From: Paraspadella gotoi
Taxonomy: Eukaryota; Animalia; Chaetognatha
Assembly (NCBI GenBank): GCA_051294375.1
Contig: JBJCIZ010000205.1
Coordinates: forward strand, 1-41,717
Length of the DNA stretch: 41,717 bases
Reading direction: 5' to 3'
The translations under genes and the position numbers were made by a program. Below the pieces are notes generated by a model that did no database searches, was not told where the DNA came from, and worked only from the letters and a program-made list of their open reading frames with translations. Shown here piece after piece: positions 13,918 through 26,219 of this stretch (position 1 is the stretch's first letter; each line of letters opens with the position of its first letter).

Positions 13918-15307
13918 TGTAATTGGATTATAAAATAATTATATCTATATTATACTCTTATAAAAAAAAACCAATTGATTAGACGATTATTTAATTGTTA
14001 AAGAATAGCAATAACGAAATGTCAGGACATTGCGATTTATCCAATTTCTTCAGTGTCGTATGAAACTGTACTTCATATGAATCAAAGTGACTTCGACGAC
14101 AGAAATATTAAAAAGATAAAACAATTTCGCTTAAAAATAAAGGAGCGATTGCAACTGACAACAAATGTAACGAAAAAAGTTAGAAGTAGAAAAACAACGT
14201 ATTGAAAGAGACGGCGACAACGACAACGGACAAAAGATGAATACAAAAAAAAAATAAAATTCGACCCCGAAGTCGGTTCAAGATGCAAACCACAACTCTC
14301 TGCAAGTAACATGATCTTTCTAACTTCTCTTCTTTCAGTAACATTGGTCTTAACTAACAGTTAATGAAAGAAAAGGCATTTTCTCACTGAAGGGACGACG
14401 AATGTGGAAGACGACTGACATACGACTTAAAATACACCAACCGCAGCAATCGTTCTTATCGTATTTTTTTTCATCCTCTCAAGAAGAAAAAAAACAAGAA
14501 CGGTTCTAAGCTTGAAACTGTTTGTCATTACCATGTGATCTCCATGCCATTTCCTGCCTGATTTCCATTGTGATTTTCAAACTAATCCCCCTGAGTCGCC
14601 GTTCTGCGCCGCTTTTTTTTTTTTCAGGCAGACGGATATCATCTTTTCTCGTTCTTATCGTCTTGCAACAAACTAACTTGTCTCCCGCTTTTTTCTCTTT
14701 TTTCCTCACGCGTCATTAAACTTTGTGACTTAGAGGCGCTTCAACAAAGGCGGATTCGCCGCGGTGTTCCCGTTAATTTCAATATGCCTCAAGACACTCA
14801 CAGCTACAAGAATACAGAAGAGTGTCTAAAAATAAAAAGAATAAATAAATAAATAAATAAATAATATAAATAAGCTTAAAAGAAAAAGAAGCTAACGGTT
14901 GTTTAAATAGCAGATCACGTTTTCTTTATTTATTTTTATTTTTGTCCTAATTTAAAATCGGGAAATAAAAATCTTCCAGAAGTTTAACCTCCGAATGAAA
15001 TCAAACTTTAGACGAAGTGACTGCTTCCTTGTTGCATAATGAGATCATCAAGGGCTGAAGTGAGTGTTTTTCATGTGCATGGCAATAGCAATAAAATATC
15101 ACTCCGGATGAATCATTTGCACATAGAGGGGGCCAGGATAGGCAATTTTTCTCTCGTCACCAGGACGTCATCGATTGAGTAAATCGAGTTCGATTTCCAT
15201 CCGGGATTCAAGGTATTTCTCCTTCCCGATAAAAGAAGAAGAAGAAAAATCGGTTGGAACCAGAAATAACCATTCATCTATCCACATTAAATATTTTTCA
15301 AAGACAA

Positions 15308-15309
15308 CT

Positions 15310-15380
<71 letters not shown>
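15308..15380. repeat. (CT)n microsatellite
   Basis: Direct inspection. Confidence 0.95.
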
Positions 15381-17678
15381 ATTACTCTTTTCTTCATTTA
15401 TTCCCTCATTTTCTTTGTTTCTTTAGATTGAAAATTTGGCAGTATGTAGAAAAGCATTTGCAAGTAACTTCCGTACTTTGAGAACTTTTAATTTGCAATT
15501 TTGTAAATGGCGTTTTTTGAGAAGCAGAAAAAATGTGTTAGAGGGTCTTCTTTGTCTGTGTATTACAAGTTGTTAAGTAACTAACGAAATTGCTTGTTTT
15601 TCGTCGAACATTTCTTGCCAAAGTACGCGTTCATAGAATATATTAATTTTTTAAATGATTTTTTCAAACCTTTTATTTTCAAACATAGTCATATTTTAAG
15701 TGTAGGACAGAAAAGTTTAAGTATAAATCGACAAATACAAAGAGGAAAAGCGAGTGAGACCTTGAAAAAAGATTAACTTTTGAACCTCGGGAATAAGATG
15801 CAGCGAAGTGTTGCCAGTTTGGTTCGTAAATAAAAAGGTTTTAAAATGTGTTTGTTGAAAATCTCGTACGTTTGTAAGAACCTTTTCGGTTGGAGTTCAC
15901 AGAGAATATTTTCGTTCCATGCAATTAAAAATGGCATCCATAAATAAGCCGAATATAAATATTTCAGATTGGAACTTTAAACCCATACCACTACTCCTCT
16001 ACCCCTAGTTTATTTTAAACCATCTCCCCCCAATTTTTCCCACGTGGCACACTCTCACCCTTGTAATATCCAAATCGCCTAGAGTGGAAGTTGCCGATGA
16101 AAGAAGCTCAATCGTGACCGGTTTGTGCCCTATTTTAGCAGAGGCGCTGCGCTCTATCCCTGCCTAACTTCCGTTTTTGGGCGTGACATAATAACAAAAA
16201 AATATGCGAAAAACAAACTGATGAATGGCGACCAAATATAAAACCAAATATAAAACCAAAATATAAAACCAACATACTCGTTTAGAAAAATTGTTTTACA
16301 TACATTTCCCTATCCAGATTGGTTACCGTTTTTTTTTTTGTGATCTCGCTGTAAATCCCAGTCTTTTAGAATCTTATTGAAGGTCAAATGAAAAAATGTC
16401 TGTCAAGTTGCCTCTTATATCATTGAATGCATAAACATTTCTAAATTTCGAATGAAAAAATGTTTTGTTTCCATATAAGAGGTTTTATTCTCTGATACAA
16501 AAAAAATTTTTGATCCGAAAAAAAAACACAAATTTTATTTTGACATGATTCTACGTGGAGGTTGAGTTTAAAATTATAAAGGCAAGAAATGAATCACATT
16601 ATAAAAAAAATAGGAAAAGACAGAGAGCAGAAAGCAGAAAAATGAATGGAAAACAAAAAGAACTCTAAGAGAAAGATAACTGTGATGAAAAAGGGAACGT
16701 GAGTGGAAGTCGAAGAATAGGATGAAAGGCGGGGAGGCGGAAAACTCTGGGCGTCGTCCTCCGCTCTCGAAACACAATTGCGAAGCCGAATTGACGGCGC
16801 TCTTCATCGCCGCCTTCAGAATCTCTGAGGCACCATCACAGGGAACGCAGTTCCACAGTGATGGATCAAACACGTCGCAATCTTTGATTGGCGTTAGACG
16901 CCAACGGGAATGGGAAGGAGCGGGGGAGAGATTATATAGGAAAAGAGAGAGAAGGAAATGAACGAAAGATAGAAGTGGAAAGAAAGACAGAAATAAACAA
17001 AAGACCGAGAGTGAGAAAAATAAGGGACAGGAGTAAATCGAACTCACGAGTTTCTCCGATTTTTTTTCTTGTGCTTTTAACGCCTTCGATTTTTTTTTTG
17101 TTTTTTTTTAAGTGAGAATATAAAAGAAAAGATGGCAAAAAAAAAATACATATAGGTGAAGAAAGGTTGTGAATGGACGAGACCCGGCGATGCTAACAAA
17201 AAGTGTAGAGAGAGAAACAGAGATCTACACTTTCGATTTTTTTTCACGCGATTTTATAAGAATTTTCTGGGAGCTCTCATTCGATTTTTCCTTCAAAATC
17301 GAAAGACGAAAAAAAAAGGGAGAAAAAAAAATCTATTACTTTTTAATTTCTTATTTTTTTCTTTCTGAATTTATTTTGATTTCGCATCCTCCGCGATTTC
17401 GTCGTTGGCAGATTTTCGTACGTTTGGCAGATTTTCGCTCGTGGAGATTCTCGTCAGATAGAACCATTATCGATGACGTTGCGAGAGTTTTCGACGTCTC
17501 CGGTAAAAAAATTGTGAGGTGAAAAATAAAATACTCAAAGTATCAACGCGTCTCTTTTTCAAGATTTGCGTGTTTTTGTCATTATTAACATCGTCAAAAG
17601 ACCAAAATTGCGTCTTTCAGCACTTCCATTTTTCTCGGTGCGTCTAAAACCTTAATATTTTTTTTCTTTAATCCTATC

Positions 17679-18034
17679 AATTACGTAAATAGGACAAGGG
17701 ATTTTCTAGGCGGAAACCAAAGTGGATTTTATGTCTTTCAGAATTAAAGAGCAAATTATATACCAAGAAGGTTGTCATCTAGTAGCAATATGAAGTGGCA
17801 GAAGTGAATAATACAAGTTGGGTCATCCTATTTTTGATACCCTGGAATCGGATCGGAGGTCAAGGGTAAAGTGTACAGCCGGAAAGAAGCAGTGCCATCT
17901 GCCCATTGTGCGATGCATTTGTGTCTTTCAACCAATGAGAATGTTCCATTCTAACTATCCCGGCGGAGTTTGCGTCGCGTCGCGCGATGCCGATTTCGAT
18001 TCTGTTGGAGTCGTTGATTGCCTCTGACGATGCG
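17679..18034 (-). repeat. 3' LTR (~355 bp) following env
   Basis: Inverted homolog of 26220-26545. Preceded on the minus strand by a PPT; ends ...tatttacgtaatt, after which host-like DNA begins. Confidence 0.85.
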
Positions 18035-18046
18035 TCCCCCCCCTTC
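18035..18046 (-). promoter_or_regulatory. Polypurine tract
   Basis: GAAGGGGGGGGA on the minus strand, between the env stop codon (18069) and the LTR start. Confidence 0.8.
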
Positions 18047-18068
18047 GCTCAGACGACGGCGTACGCGG

Positions 18069-19936
18069 TCAGTCGGTAGCTGGAGTTGCAACCGCGAGGG
18101 GGACGAAGATCCTGTTCTGAACCTGTTCAAGGCTCAGCATCTCCGGTTGTCGTGGTGCCCATCTGGACGAGCAGGGCGGGCAGCAGTAGCAGGCGATGGC
18201 TATGCCTATTATTATTATTAAGGCGATAGTGACGAATGGTATGAGATTGGTTTGCGCATCGGCAAGCGCAAGCCCATCTTGGTAGATCTCCAAATATTCT
18301 TTTGATTGTTGTATATGAGGATCCCCTCACAATTTCTCCAGCGTGTTTCGTGAGCTCCTGCTGGTTTTTTGNNNNNNNNNNNNNNNNNNNNNNNNNGAAA
18401 TTCCCCGAACCTTGAGGTATATTTGTTGGCTGTAAACGGAGACTCGAGTCGTGGATGGTCCGGGATATTTGCGCTGGTTAAGCGGACATAATCGTCGTGT
18501 TTTTTCGCCGTCCATGGGTGGGCGGTAATCACCACCCATGAGGTAGCCATGAGGTAGATGGGCGGCGGTGAGCATTCGGTCGTTGTTGATGACTGTATCA
18601 CATGATGATGGATGGCATGCCGGAATGCTTCCTGTCCTCTGAAGGTTANNNNNNNNNNNNNNNNNNNNNNNNNNNTTTTTCGAATGTGAGCGAGCGTCTG
18701 GTCACATTTGGCAGTGACCAATAATTCGCCTCTTAGGATTGCGATTACCCCTCTTTTTANNNNNNNNNNNNNNNNNNNNNNNNNCTACTTAGATATGAGA
18801 TTCCCACACTTTTTAGAAATGTTGTCGAGGAGGGGTTGTTACGGCGAGCGATGCTGCACTGCTTGTGCTTCTGCGACCTTGAGGTCGCAGATCTCTTTCG
18901 CATCGCTTTGGAGAGCACATGAGTTTTCCAGTGTTGTCCAGCGCCAGCTTGATCCTTCTTCCGCAAGGCCTGTTACGAGTTCTTTCGTCGGAGCGTCCAG
19001 ACTCACGCGTCGCGTGACGTGTGTTGTGAAATAGAAGTGAGGAGAGCTTGTCTCCTCGACGCTGATGTCACACCCAGGCACGTTCCTTTGTTTTCCATCC
19101 ACGCGGAGCGTAAAAAGAATCTTATTGTCTGTTTCACAAATGGGTGCGCAGCGTTCATAATTGCTCAGTGATCCCGGTCGGATGAAGGAAGTGAGGCATT
19201 GTTTCCANNNNNNNNNNGCATCTTCTTTAACTGCCTTACTGTCTTTGCATGGTGTTTTTCGGTTTCTCAGGGTGCAGTTCTTCAGTGCTTGCTCTCTATC
19301 TCCGTCGGTGAGGCTCCGGATGACTACTTAGATATGAGATTCCCACACTTTTTAGAAATGTTGTCGAGGAGGGGTTGTTAGGCGAGCGATGCTGCACTGC
19401 TTGTGCTTCTGCGACCTCTGAGGTCGCAGATCTCTTTCGCATCGCTTTGGAGAGGCACATGAGTTTTCCGTGGTGTCAGCGCCAGCTTGATCCTGTCTTC
19501 CGCAAGGCCTGTACGAGTTTCGTCGGAGCGTCAGATCACGCGTGACGTGTGTGTGAAATAGAAGTGAGGAGAGCTTGTCTCCTCGACGCTGATGCTTCAC
19601 ACCAGGCACGTTCTCTTGTTTTCCACTCACCGGAGCGTAAAAAGAATCTTATTGTCTGTCCAAAATGGGGTGCGCAGCGTTCATAATTGCTCAGTGATCC
19701 GTCGGATGAAGGAAGTGAGGCACATTGTTCCAGCCAGCTGAAGCATCTTCTTAACTCGTACCTGTCTTTTGCATGTGTTTTTCGGTTTCTCCAGGGTGCA
19801 GTTCTTCAGTGCTTGCTCTCTATCTCCGTCGGTGAGGCTCCGGATGAAACCGTCGGCGCTGCGAGCTATTGGTCCCTGCAAGGCCCGAATATGCTCGACA
19901 AGTTGGATTCTCCAGGCAAGGATTCACTCCGCGGGT
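18069..19936 (-). CDS. env: Envelope glycoprotein, central and C-terminal part with TM anchor (frameshifted; contains a 539-bp duplication)
   Basis: WENPTC (reconstructed across indels), KILFTL, PGCDISVEETSSPHFYF, EICDLKVAEAQ, GVIAILRGELLVTAKC, TFRGQEAF..TTTECSPPPIY..W, TM LIPFVTIALIIIIGIAIA followed by CYCC and a short tail. Parallels recalled chuvirus G motifs CGxxxxxTEHPKL, KCxLE, AGEVxHIIKC, GTxxxCxxxxPxxY. Confidence 0.78.
18785..19847. repeat. Tandem duplication of ~530 bp (18785-19323 and 19324-19847) inside env
   Basis: Both units run ctacttagatatgagattccc...gaggctccggatga and differ mostly by indels; flanked by 25-N gaps. Confidence 0.93.
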
Positions 19937-20060
19937 NNNNNNNNNNNNNNNNNNNNNNNNNAACCGTTCGGGGCGGCCTTTGCCGATTATTTGGTCCTGC
20001 AGGCCCGATGATTGGGCTCGACAAGTGATCTCGCCAAGGCAATCAAAGGGGAATTCCCCT
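19848..20060. repeat. Noisy ~90-bp duplication either side of a 25-N gap
   Basis: aaccgt..ggtcc(c)tgc..ggcccga..gctcgacaagt occurs at 19848-19936 and again at 19962-20060. Confidence 0.75.
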
Positions 20061-23000
20061 CGCCCTCGACACGCTCGCCTTTTGTTTTGCCTCTGTCGGG
20101 TTAGTAGATCTCGAATATTTCAAGAGAAAATTAAACAAAAAAAAACATAGGGAGTCAAAGAATTGGAAAAAGTCTGGAAATGTTGTTTCCTCCCTTTAAC
20201 AAAAAGGAATTCCCCTCGCTCTGCTCCCCCATTTCCTCTTTCTTCATATGGCCCATCATTCCCCTCAATCTCATTCCTCACCATCGTCCTTGGGTGACCG
20301 TTGATGAGTGCTTTCTCCCGGCGTCATTCACCCGGCAATCCGAAATCTTCGGCTGTTGAGCGCTTCAATAACGCTCGGAAGACGCAGTCTTATCTGGGTA
20401 GCCACTCTTGCCGGGTCGACAGCTTACGAAGCTTGTCTGTTCTCGTGCAAAGGATGAGTGACGGAAAGTTTACGCTCGGGCCGGCGTCGATTCGCGCTGG
20501 CAACCGCGGGCTCAATGGCGGTCCTGTCTTCCTCCGTTCGGGCGACCGCTAAAAACGGCTCTCGCGCCACGGAACGGAAAGAAGCACGCTGCCGGGCGCA
20601 CGCCGCCGATTGCTGGGCAACAAAACAGCGTCGTTTCGAAAGGGAAAAAAAGAAAAAACAACTGCAGAAGAAATTCCTTGAAAAGATGTCCAATAAAATG
20701 AAAGGCCGGGAATCATTTATTTGTGTTAGCGTTTTTATAATAAAGCTGAACCCCGTCCTTCCCTTCCTCTTCCCTTCCTTCTTCCCTTCCACTTCCTCGT
20801 TCCTCCTTCCATGTAATTCCACTTCTCCTTTCTCCAACATTCTTTATTTCTTCACTGTCGCCTTCGCCAACGTACATTTTCCTTTGTTTAGTTTTTTACT
20901 ACTATCGGGAAATTATTTTGTTGTTTTTTGAGAAATAATTTTTTTTGTATACATAGGAGTTGAATTCATCGCGCGATTCAATTTATGTTCAATTTATAAA
21001 CGAAAAAAAAAAATCGTCGGGCGCCATTTTTTTTTTTTACGCTCGAAAGATCATTTAATTGCGCCGCTACTTTGCTGTTTTTCTGCTTTTTATGCTTGTT
21101 GACAGTGAATGAATGTTGAAGTGGGGAATGTGCCTGGATTCATTGTTTTACGATAAATAAGAGGACAATTGTAAATAGTGATCAAAAATATTAATGTTAA
21201 TCTAATCATGAACAATAAATCCACGACGAAGCTTGACAGATTACAAACAAAAAAAAAGCGTATTGCGACCGGAACTTAGTCCAGCGTTCACCAAACCCTT
21301 TTTTTTTGTTTTTGGCTTTTTAGCTTATTAATTTGCAAAATTAAAGTCTATCTGCCATCGTTTTTGCCATTCTAAACGTCGTTGTTAGGAAGGAGTTTTT
21401 TCTTAAGTGTTTCTGATTTGCACCATCGAGTGTTGGGTCTTTTTTCCCCCGAAAGACTGAGTTGTTTTTTTTTTGAACTACGTCACCCTAGTCGATGGCT
21501 ATGCCGCCAACCGTCTCTTCATTCCGTAATCGTTTTTTATTTAAAAAACATGACGCCTTCTTTCTTATCTAACAATTACGTGAGAATTTTTTTCAAGAGA
21601 AACTGTATCTTGAACCTCCCAATATTCTTATTCATGAATTTTTTTTTTTTTCGGTTCGTCGACAAAAGAGTTGAATTACAGTTCTTTTCTTAGTCAAGAC
21701 AAAAGGTGCAATCAATTACGAAACTTAAGACCAAGAGATTTCACCTCGTTTCGTGGGTCACAAAGAAATTGTGCCGACGATATCTTTCCACGAGGTCCAG
21801 ATCCAAAAGGGAATCTTCCCGATTCAGATTCGTTAAGCAAAAGTCGTGCGTCTTTTCGTCGTCTCTCTTAACGAGTGAGTACATCGAGTCGGTCGTTTCG
21901 TCGTCGTCGTTGTTGTCACCGTTTGTGAGGACGATAAAGTTGAGGAAAAAACCTGGGAAGAGATTTGCGATTCCTTGTGTTTTCGGTATCGGAGATGGAT
22001 GGACGAGAAGGAAGAAGAAAGTTTTTTTTCTCTCAACTTCTCGCCATCGTCTTCAACAAGACCCCCCCCCCCCAAAAAAAAAGTAAGTATGGTTATGATT
22101 CGGGATTTATGATTAAAGACGGAATCTATGACTATGACCGCTCTGCTATGCTTCTCCACCAGATGTGTTATGTCTTAATCTGAATCATATACTTTCAATA
22201 TCAAATTTATCCCAAGTTTCTTTGCCTCTTCTTCCTTTAGGCATCCGAATGCTCGTGTTGTCAAACAAAACACAAACAATAAGAGGCAGAAAATCAACAA
22301 ATATTCGATTTCCATTCCTCCGTGAATACCCAAACAAGAGCATCATCTTCCTGTCGCTTCTTCCATATACTCGATCCTAATCTCCTCCAACGCTACTGGG
22401 ATGAAACATTGTCTGTTGTACCGCAGGAGAGCGGGACAGCCTGCAGGATCCCCACCGGCTGGAATAGGCTCGTGCTCGCCGTATAACCTTCTGGCGCGAC
22501 CTGTCATCTAACGAAGACAAATGAAGCAGTTCGCCGTGCTCGAGTGATGCCGCCAGTCTGCTTCAAGGTAGACACTGCGGCCGCCGTCCCTCACACAAGG
22601 AACACCTTCCCCTGCTGCTGGGTGTCTCCGAGCTTCCTGGGCGGCGCTGAAGCTTTCGGCCACAGCAGCGAGAAGGATGATAGGAATGAAGGGCCGAGTC
22701 GGGTCACTCGTTTAAGGGACGAGGATGAGGTGACGGGTTGTGAGCTGAATGTGGTCCAATTTGGATCCTGTGGCTGGAATTTGTCGTGGGATTGTGTGGG
22801 GTTTGTGATGCCGCAGATTTAGGATTTAGGGTGTAGTGAGGTGACTTTTCAGTGTTTGAGTGATTAGTGGTGATGGATAGTGTATCAACCTTTGTAGCAT
22901 ATATTAGATATTAGACGCCGCCAGATATTTGTCCAGCGTTCTGTGCAGCAAGATCGGGTGCGCGTCTTACTTGAATCCCTTGGGGTTTGAAACGATAGAT

Positions 23001-25018
23001 ATTGATCGTTTGTAAGATGTGCTCTAGTGTAGGGAATATCCCTCATACAGAACCTGCCAAATAATATTAAAAAAAAAAAAATAAAAACACCAAAGAAAAA
23101 CTTGCCTCTTTCTATTCTTTCCTTTTTCCCTGACCTCCTTGCCACCGACCCACGGCGGCGGCGGACGGAACTCCATACCACGCCTTTCCTCAACCCCCGC
23201 CGCCGCGCATCGCCACTTCCGTCCCCAGCCCCCGCGAGGTGAGAGGACGCGCCTCTCACCCGGGATATCCGGGCGTGTCCCCCGACGTGGCGTCGCGTCA
23301 AACTAGGATATCTGACGATCTGATTAAAAACGAAGATCGGGAACGGAGAGAGGAGTCTCTCACGCCGCGACCTGAGAAGGAGAAATGGAGGAAAGAAAAG
23401 ACGACGACGTAGGCATGAGGAGTATCGAGGTAGCGATGGAGGAAAGAGGGAGAAGAAAGAGAGGCCAAGAGCTGATCGGAAGTGAGGGAGATAGGGTGGG
23501 TTCTACAGCGAGGCTCGATCGATACGGCTTCGTCCCAATCGGCGATCGAAGTGCCACGAGCGATACGATCGCGTCGACGCGTCGTAACGTCTCGATGGGA
23601 CGCGAGATCCTGTCCGCCAGCGCAATACGAATACCGCGACGCCGAGACGCGATATACTCGTCGCGCGGCGCGACTTCTCTAATAGCCAGGATGAGCGTCG
23701 ATCTCGCGAGACACGCCCTACTATTCACATTAAGTTGGTGAAGACGACTGACTGACGATTCGTCTGCGCCCAGTTGTTCCTCCGCCCTCGTGTATGTTCG
23801 CCGTCCACCTGGGATGTTTGTCGACCTCCCCTACGCGTCCACGGCGGCCCCGCGGGCTTGTTTCGCTGCAGCTGGAGGAGCGGCCTCCGTCTTACTCCCG
23901 CGCCGCGAGTGGCTTTGGTCAGACGGCCGCGGAGAGGGGAGTCGTCGGGGAAGCAGACTGTCGTCTATGCGCCGCACGCAGTAGTGGACCCAGAATCGAG
24001 GATGACGGGGCAAGCGATCAGATACTGGAACGACTGATGGCGACAGAATCAAACTCCTCTCCGGCCGCCGACGCCCTCGTCTCATTTCAGTATCATAACG
24101 ATATATGCGCTTTCGGAACGCTTCGAACCCACGCTTGTTTTTAGTGCAGAAATAAGTCTAAAAACAGACTTTTGAGCAGCCAAGTACACGTGCCGTAAGA
24201 GGGATCCGTTCCTGTTAAAGAGAGGAAGAAGGCGCCGGCACGTCTGTTATATGCCGGTGTATCAGTTGACGGAGACGAGAGTAAGGCTCAGAAATTGGAC
24301 GTGAAGGAAATCAGATAGAGACACTCGAAATATTCGTCTCTCTGAGTCTTGGATCTTTTGTGTATCGGACTCGACGAAGGATTACGACGACGGAGAAGAA
24401 TCCCTACGGCCGTAGTCTGAAGAAAGACTGCGTTCGGACTGAGTATAATCTTGATAAGGACGAGGAAAGAGTTGATTTGTGTTGGGCTGGCTCGAGCTAG
24501 GAAAAGAAGAGGACTGTCGCCGAGACCGAAGGGATTCATCAACGCGGACAACGAAAAGTTAGTAGAGGAATTAGAACCGGATGATTTTCTCTTGCTCCGA
24601 CTGGTTCGTTCTCAGGTTGTATTTTATTTAGCCGGATTCGTTCGATTTTTACTTGGGATTTCGAGGGAGGAGGAGCAAGTGAGGGTGCGTGTGATGTGGG
24701 CGAAAAAGACATTTGGTGGGGAGGCGGGGCTTGGAGTCGCGCAGGTATTTTATAGGAAGAGAAAAGAGAAAAGGCGCGTTTGGAATTTGTTTCTGGGTCT
24801 TAGTGTGAGGTATGCGGTAGGAGAAGAGCAGGAGCAGAGAAAGAAGAAAGAGGAAAAGAAGAGGAACAGGACAAGAAAGAGGAAAAGGAAAGAAGAGGGC
24901 ACGGAAGAGAGAGGAGAGGAAGAGGAAAGGAAAAGAAAAGATGAGAATTAGAAAAAATGTAAGAATGACCTCTCATTCTTCATTTTTATGTGGACATGAA
25001 TTAAATAAAATCTCTCTC

Positions 25019-25684
25019 TTAGGTGCATGATTGTGCTGCTCTGTCACAATCGGTTTGTCTCGGCATGTTGTTGAGGTTTGATAGCTGGATCTTTTGCTCG
25101 TAGAGGGTGAGGTTAATGTTGAGTGTTGCACGCTCACCATCATACATATAGTCATGAAAAATTAATTTTTCGCCGGTACAGTAACCATCCGCGTCGGTTG
25201 TGCCCACTTCGTAAGTAGCTTGATTAAGTCCAGATTTGCTTCCCTTGATCCTTAGTGGTTCCATCGTTCCAGCTCGATTTGCCAANNNNNNNNNNATGTT
25301 CTCCAGGGAGACGCTTTCTCCTTTGTGGAGGTTCAGGCATTGGCTTCTTGTGAGNNNNNNNNNNTCCACAGCTTTTAGATTTGGGTACTGGATGGACCAC
25401 CATCCACACACGCTTCCAGAGGCCATGATTGTGAGATCACAACCTTTCCCATCGTGTTCTTCTTTTCCGGGGATAAAAACTAACTCGCCACGCATGATCT
25501 CTTCTGTGACTNNNNNNNNNNTATCGCAGTGGTGCGGGTCGAGCATAGTCGCGGCGTGGTTTGACGTCTTGTTGCAATCATATATTTGTATGACGTCTGT
25601 TGTTTGTTTGTCCTCTTTTTCTGGGGTTGCTGAGCTCTCGGTGACGAGGAGTGAGGCCCAGGCGAAGATGACGACAAAATTCAT
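25019..25684 (-). CDS. env: Envelope glycoprotein, N-terminal ~220 aa (chuvirus-G-like, gB-type class III fusogen)
   Basis: Signal peptide MNFVVIFAWASLLVTESSA, then IYDC..LDPHHCD..GCDLTI..VCGWWS..LTRSQCLNLH..GTTDADGYCTG..ATLNINL..TDCDRAAQSC. Same cysteine and motif order as chuvirus glycoproteins as I recall them (GYDC..ECD..CKIEI..CGMHS..CxxMH..GSxxxDGxCxG..CxxxxxxC). Sequons NKT, NLT. Confidence 0.8.
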   Translation of the reverse strand: MNFVVIFAWASLLVTESSATPEKEDKQTTDVIQIYDCNKTSNHAATMLDPHHCDXXXXVTEEIMRGELVFIPGKEEHDGKGCDLTIMASGSVCGWWSIQYPNLKAVXXXXLTRSQCLNLHKGESVSLENXXXXLANRAGTMEPLRIKGSKSGLNQATYEVGTTDADGYCTGEKLIFHDYMYDGERATLNINLTLYEQKIQLSNLNNMPRQTDCDRAAQSCT

Positions 25685-26219
25685 CTTACCTTTCATATTT
25701 TTTATCAAAACAAAGGGGGATGTCTGTCTCTCTGTCTGTGCCGTCCGTCCTCCGTTCCGCCGTCCGTCCGTCCACCTTAACAATAAACAATAATTACTCT
25801 TATTGATGGATAGATTGGAAAATGAAATTTTGTTATGTGGTTAGGGAAAGTGTGTGATTGCAGCTGGATATGAAGTTTCGATGAATCGTCGAGTGGAAAG
25901 TGAGTTTAATTTGAAAAACAACACAAAACCTGTTTTCACTAAATTCGTTAGTGCTTCTTTTTGCTTTTTAGTATTAAATGTAAATGCAAGATGATATTAA
26001 ATTTAATCAAATAATTAATCAGTTAAGTTAATCAATTACGTCAATTTACATAAACAATTAATTACTTAATCAGTCAATTTAATCAAATCAAAAAGAACAG
26101 TTTGGGATTAAGTTAATTAATTGTTGACTTAAATTAATTATTTATTATTAAGTTTAATTATTAATTATTTATTACCGGATAATGATCGGGTCGGGAGATC
26201 GCGAGATCGGTTGTTGTTT

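Noticed and set aside
262-17522. Many short S/L/F-rich or R/E/K-rich ORFs
   Set aside because: They are translations of (CT)n/(GA)n and poly-A/T tracts.
18785-20060. Biological domain duplication within env
   Set aside because: Copies differ by indel noise and abut 25-N gaps, which fits gap-filling overlap artefacts.
23295-23365. Hammerhead ribozyme (CTGACGA...GAAC)
   Set aside because: GAAA is incomplete, stems I and III with a UH cleavage site cannot be formed consistently, and the best local stem sequesters the core.
18069-25684. Stand-alone chuvirus endogenous viral element
   Set aside because: No L or N gene fragments are seen, and the gene is followed directly by a PPT and LTR.
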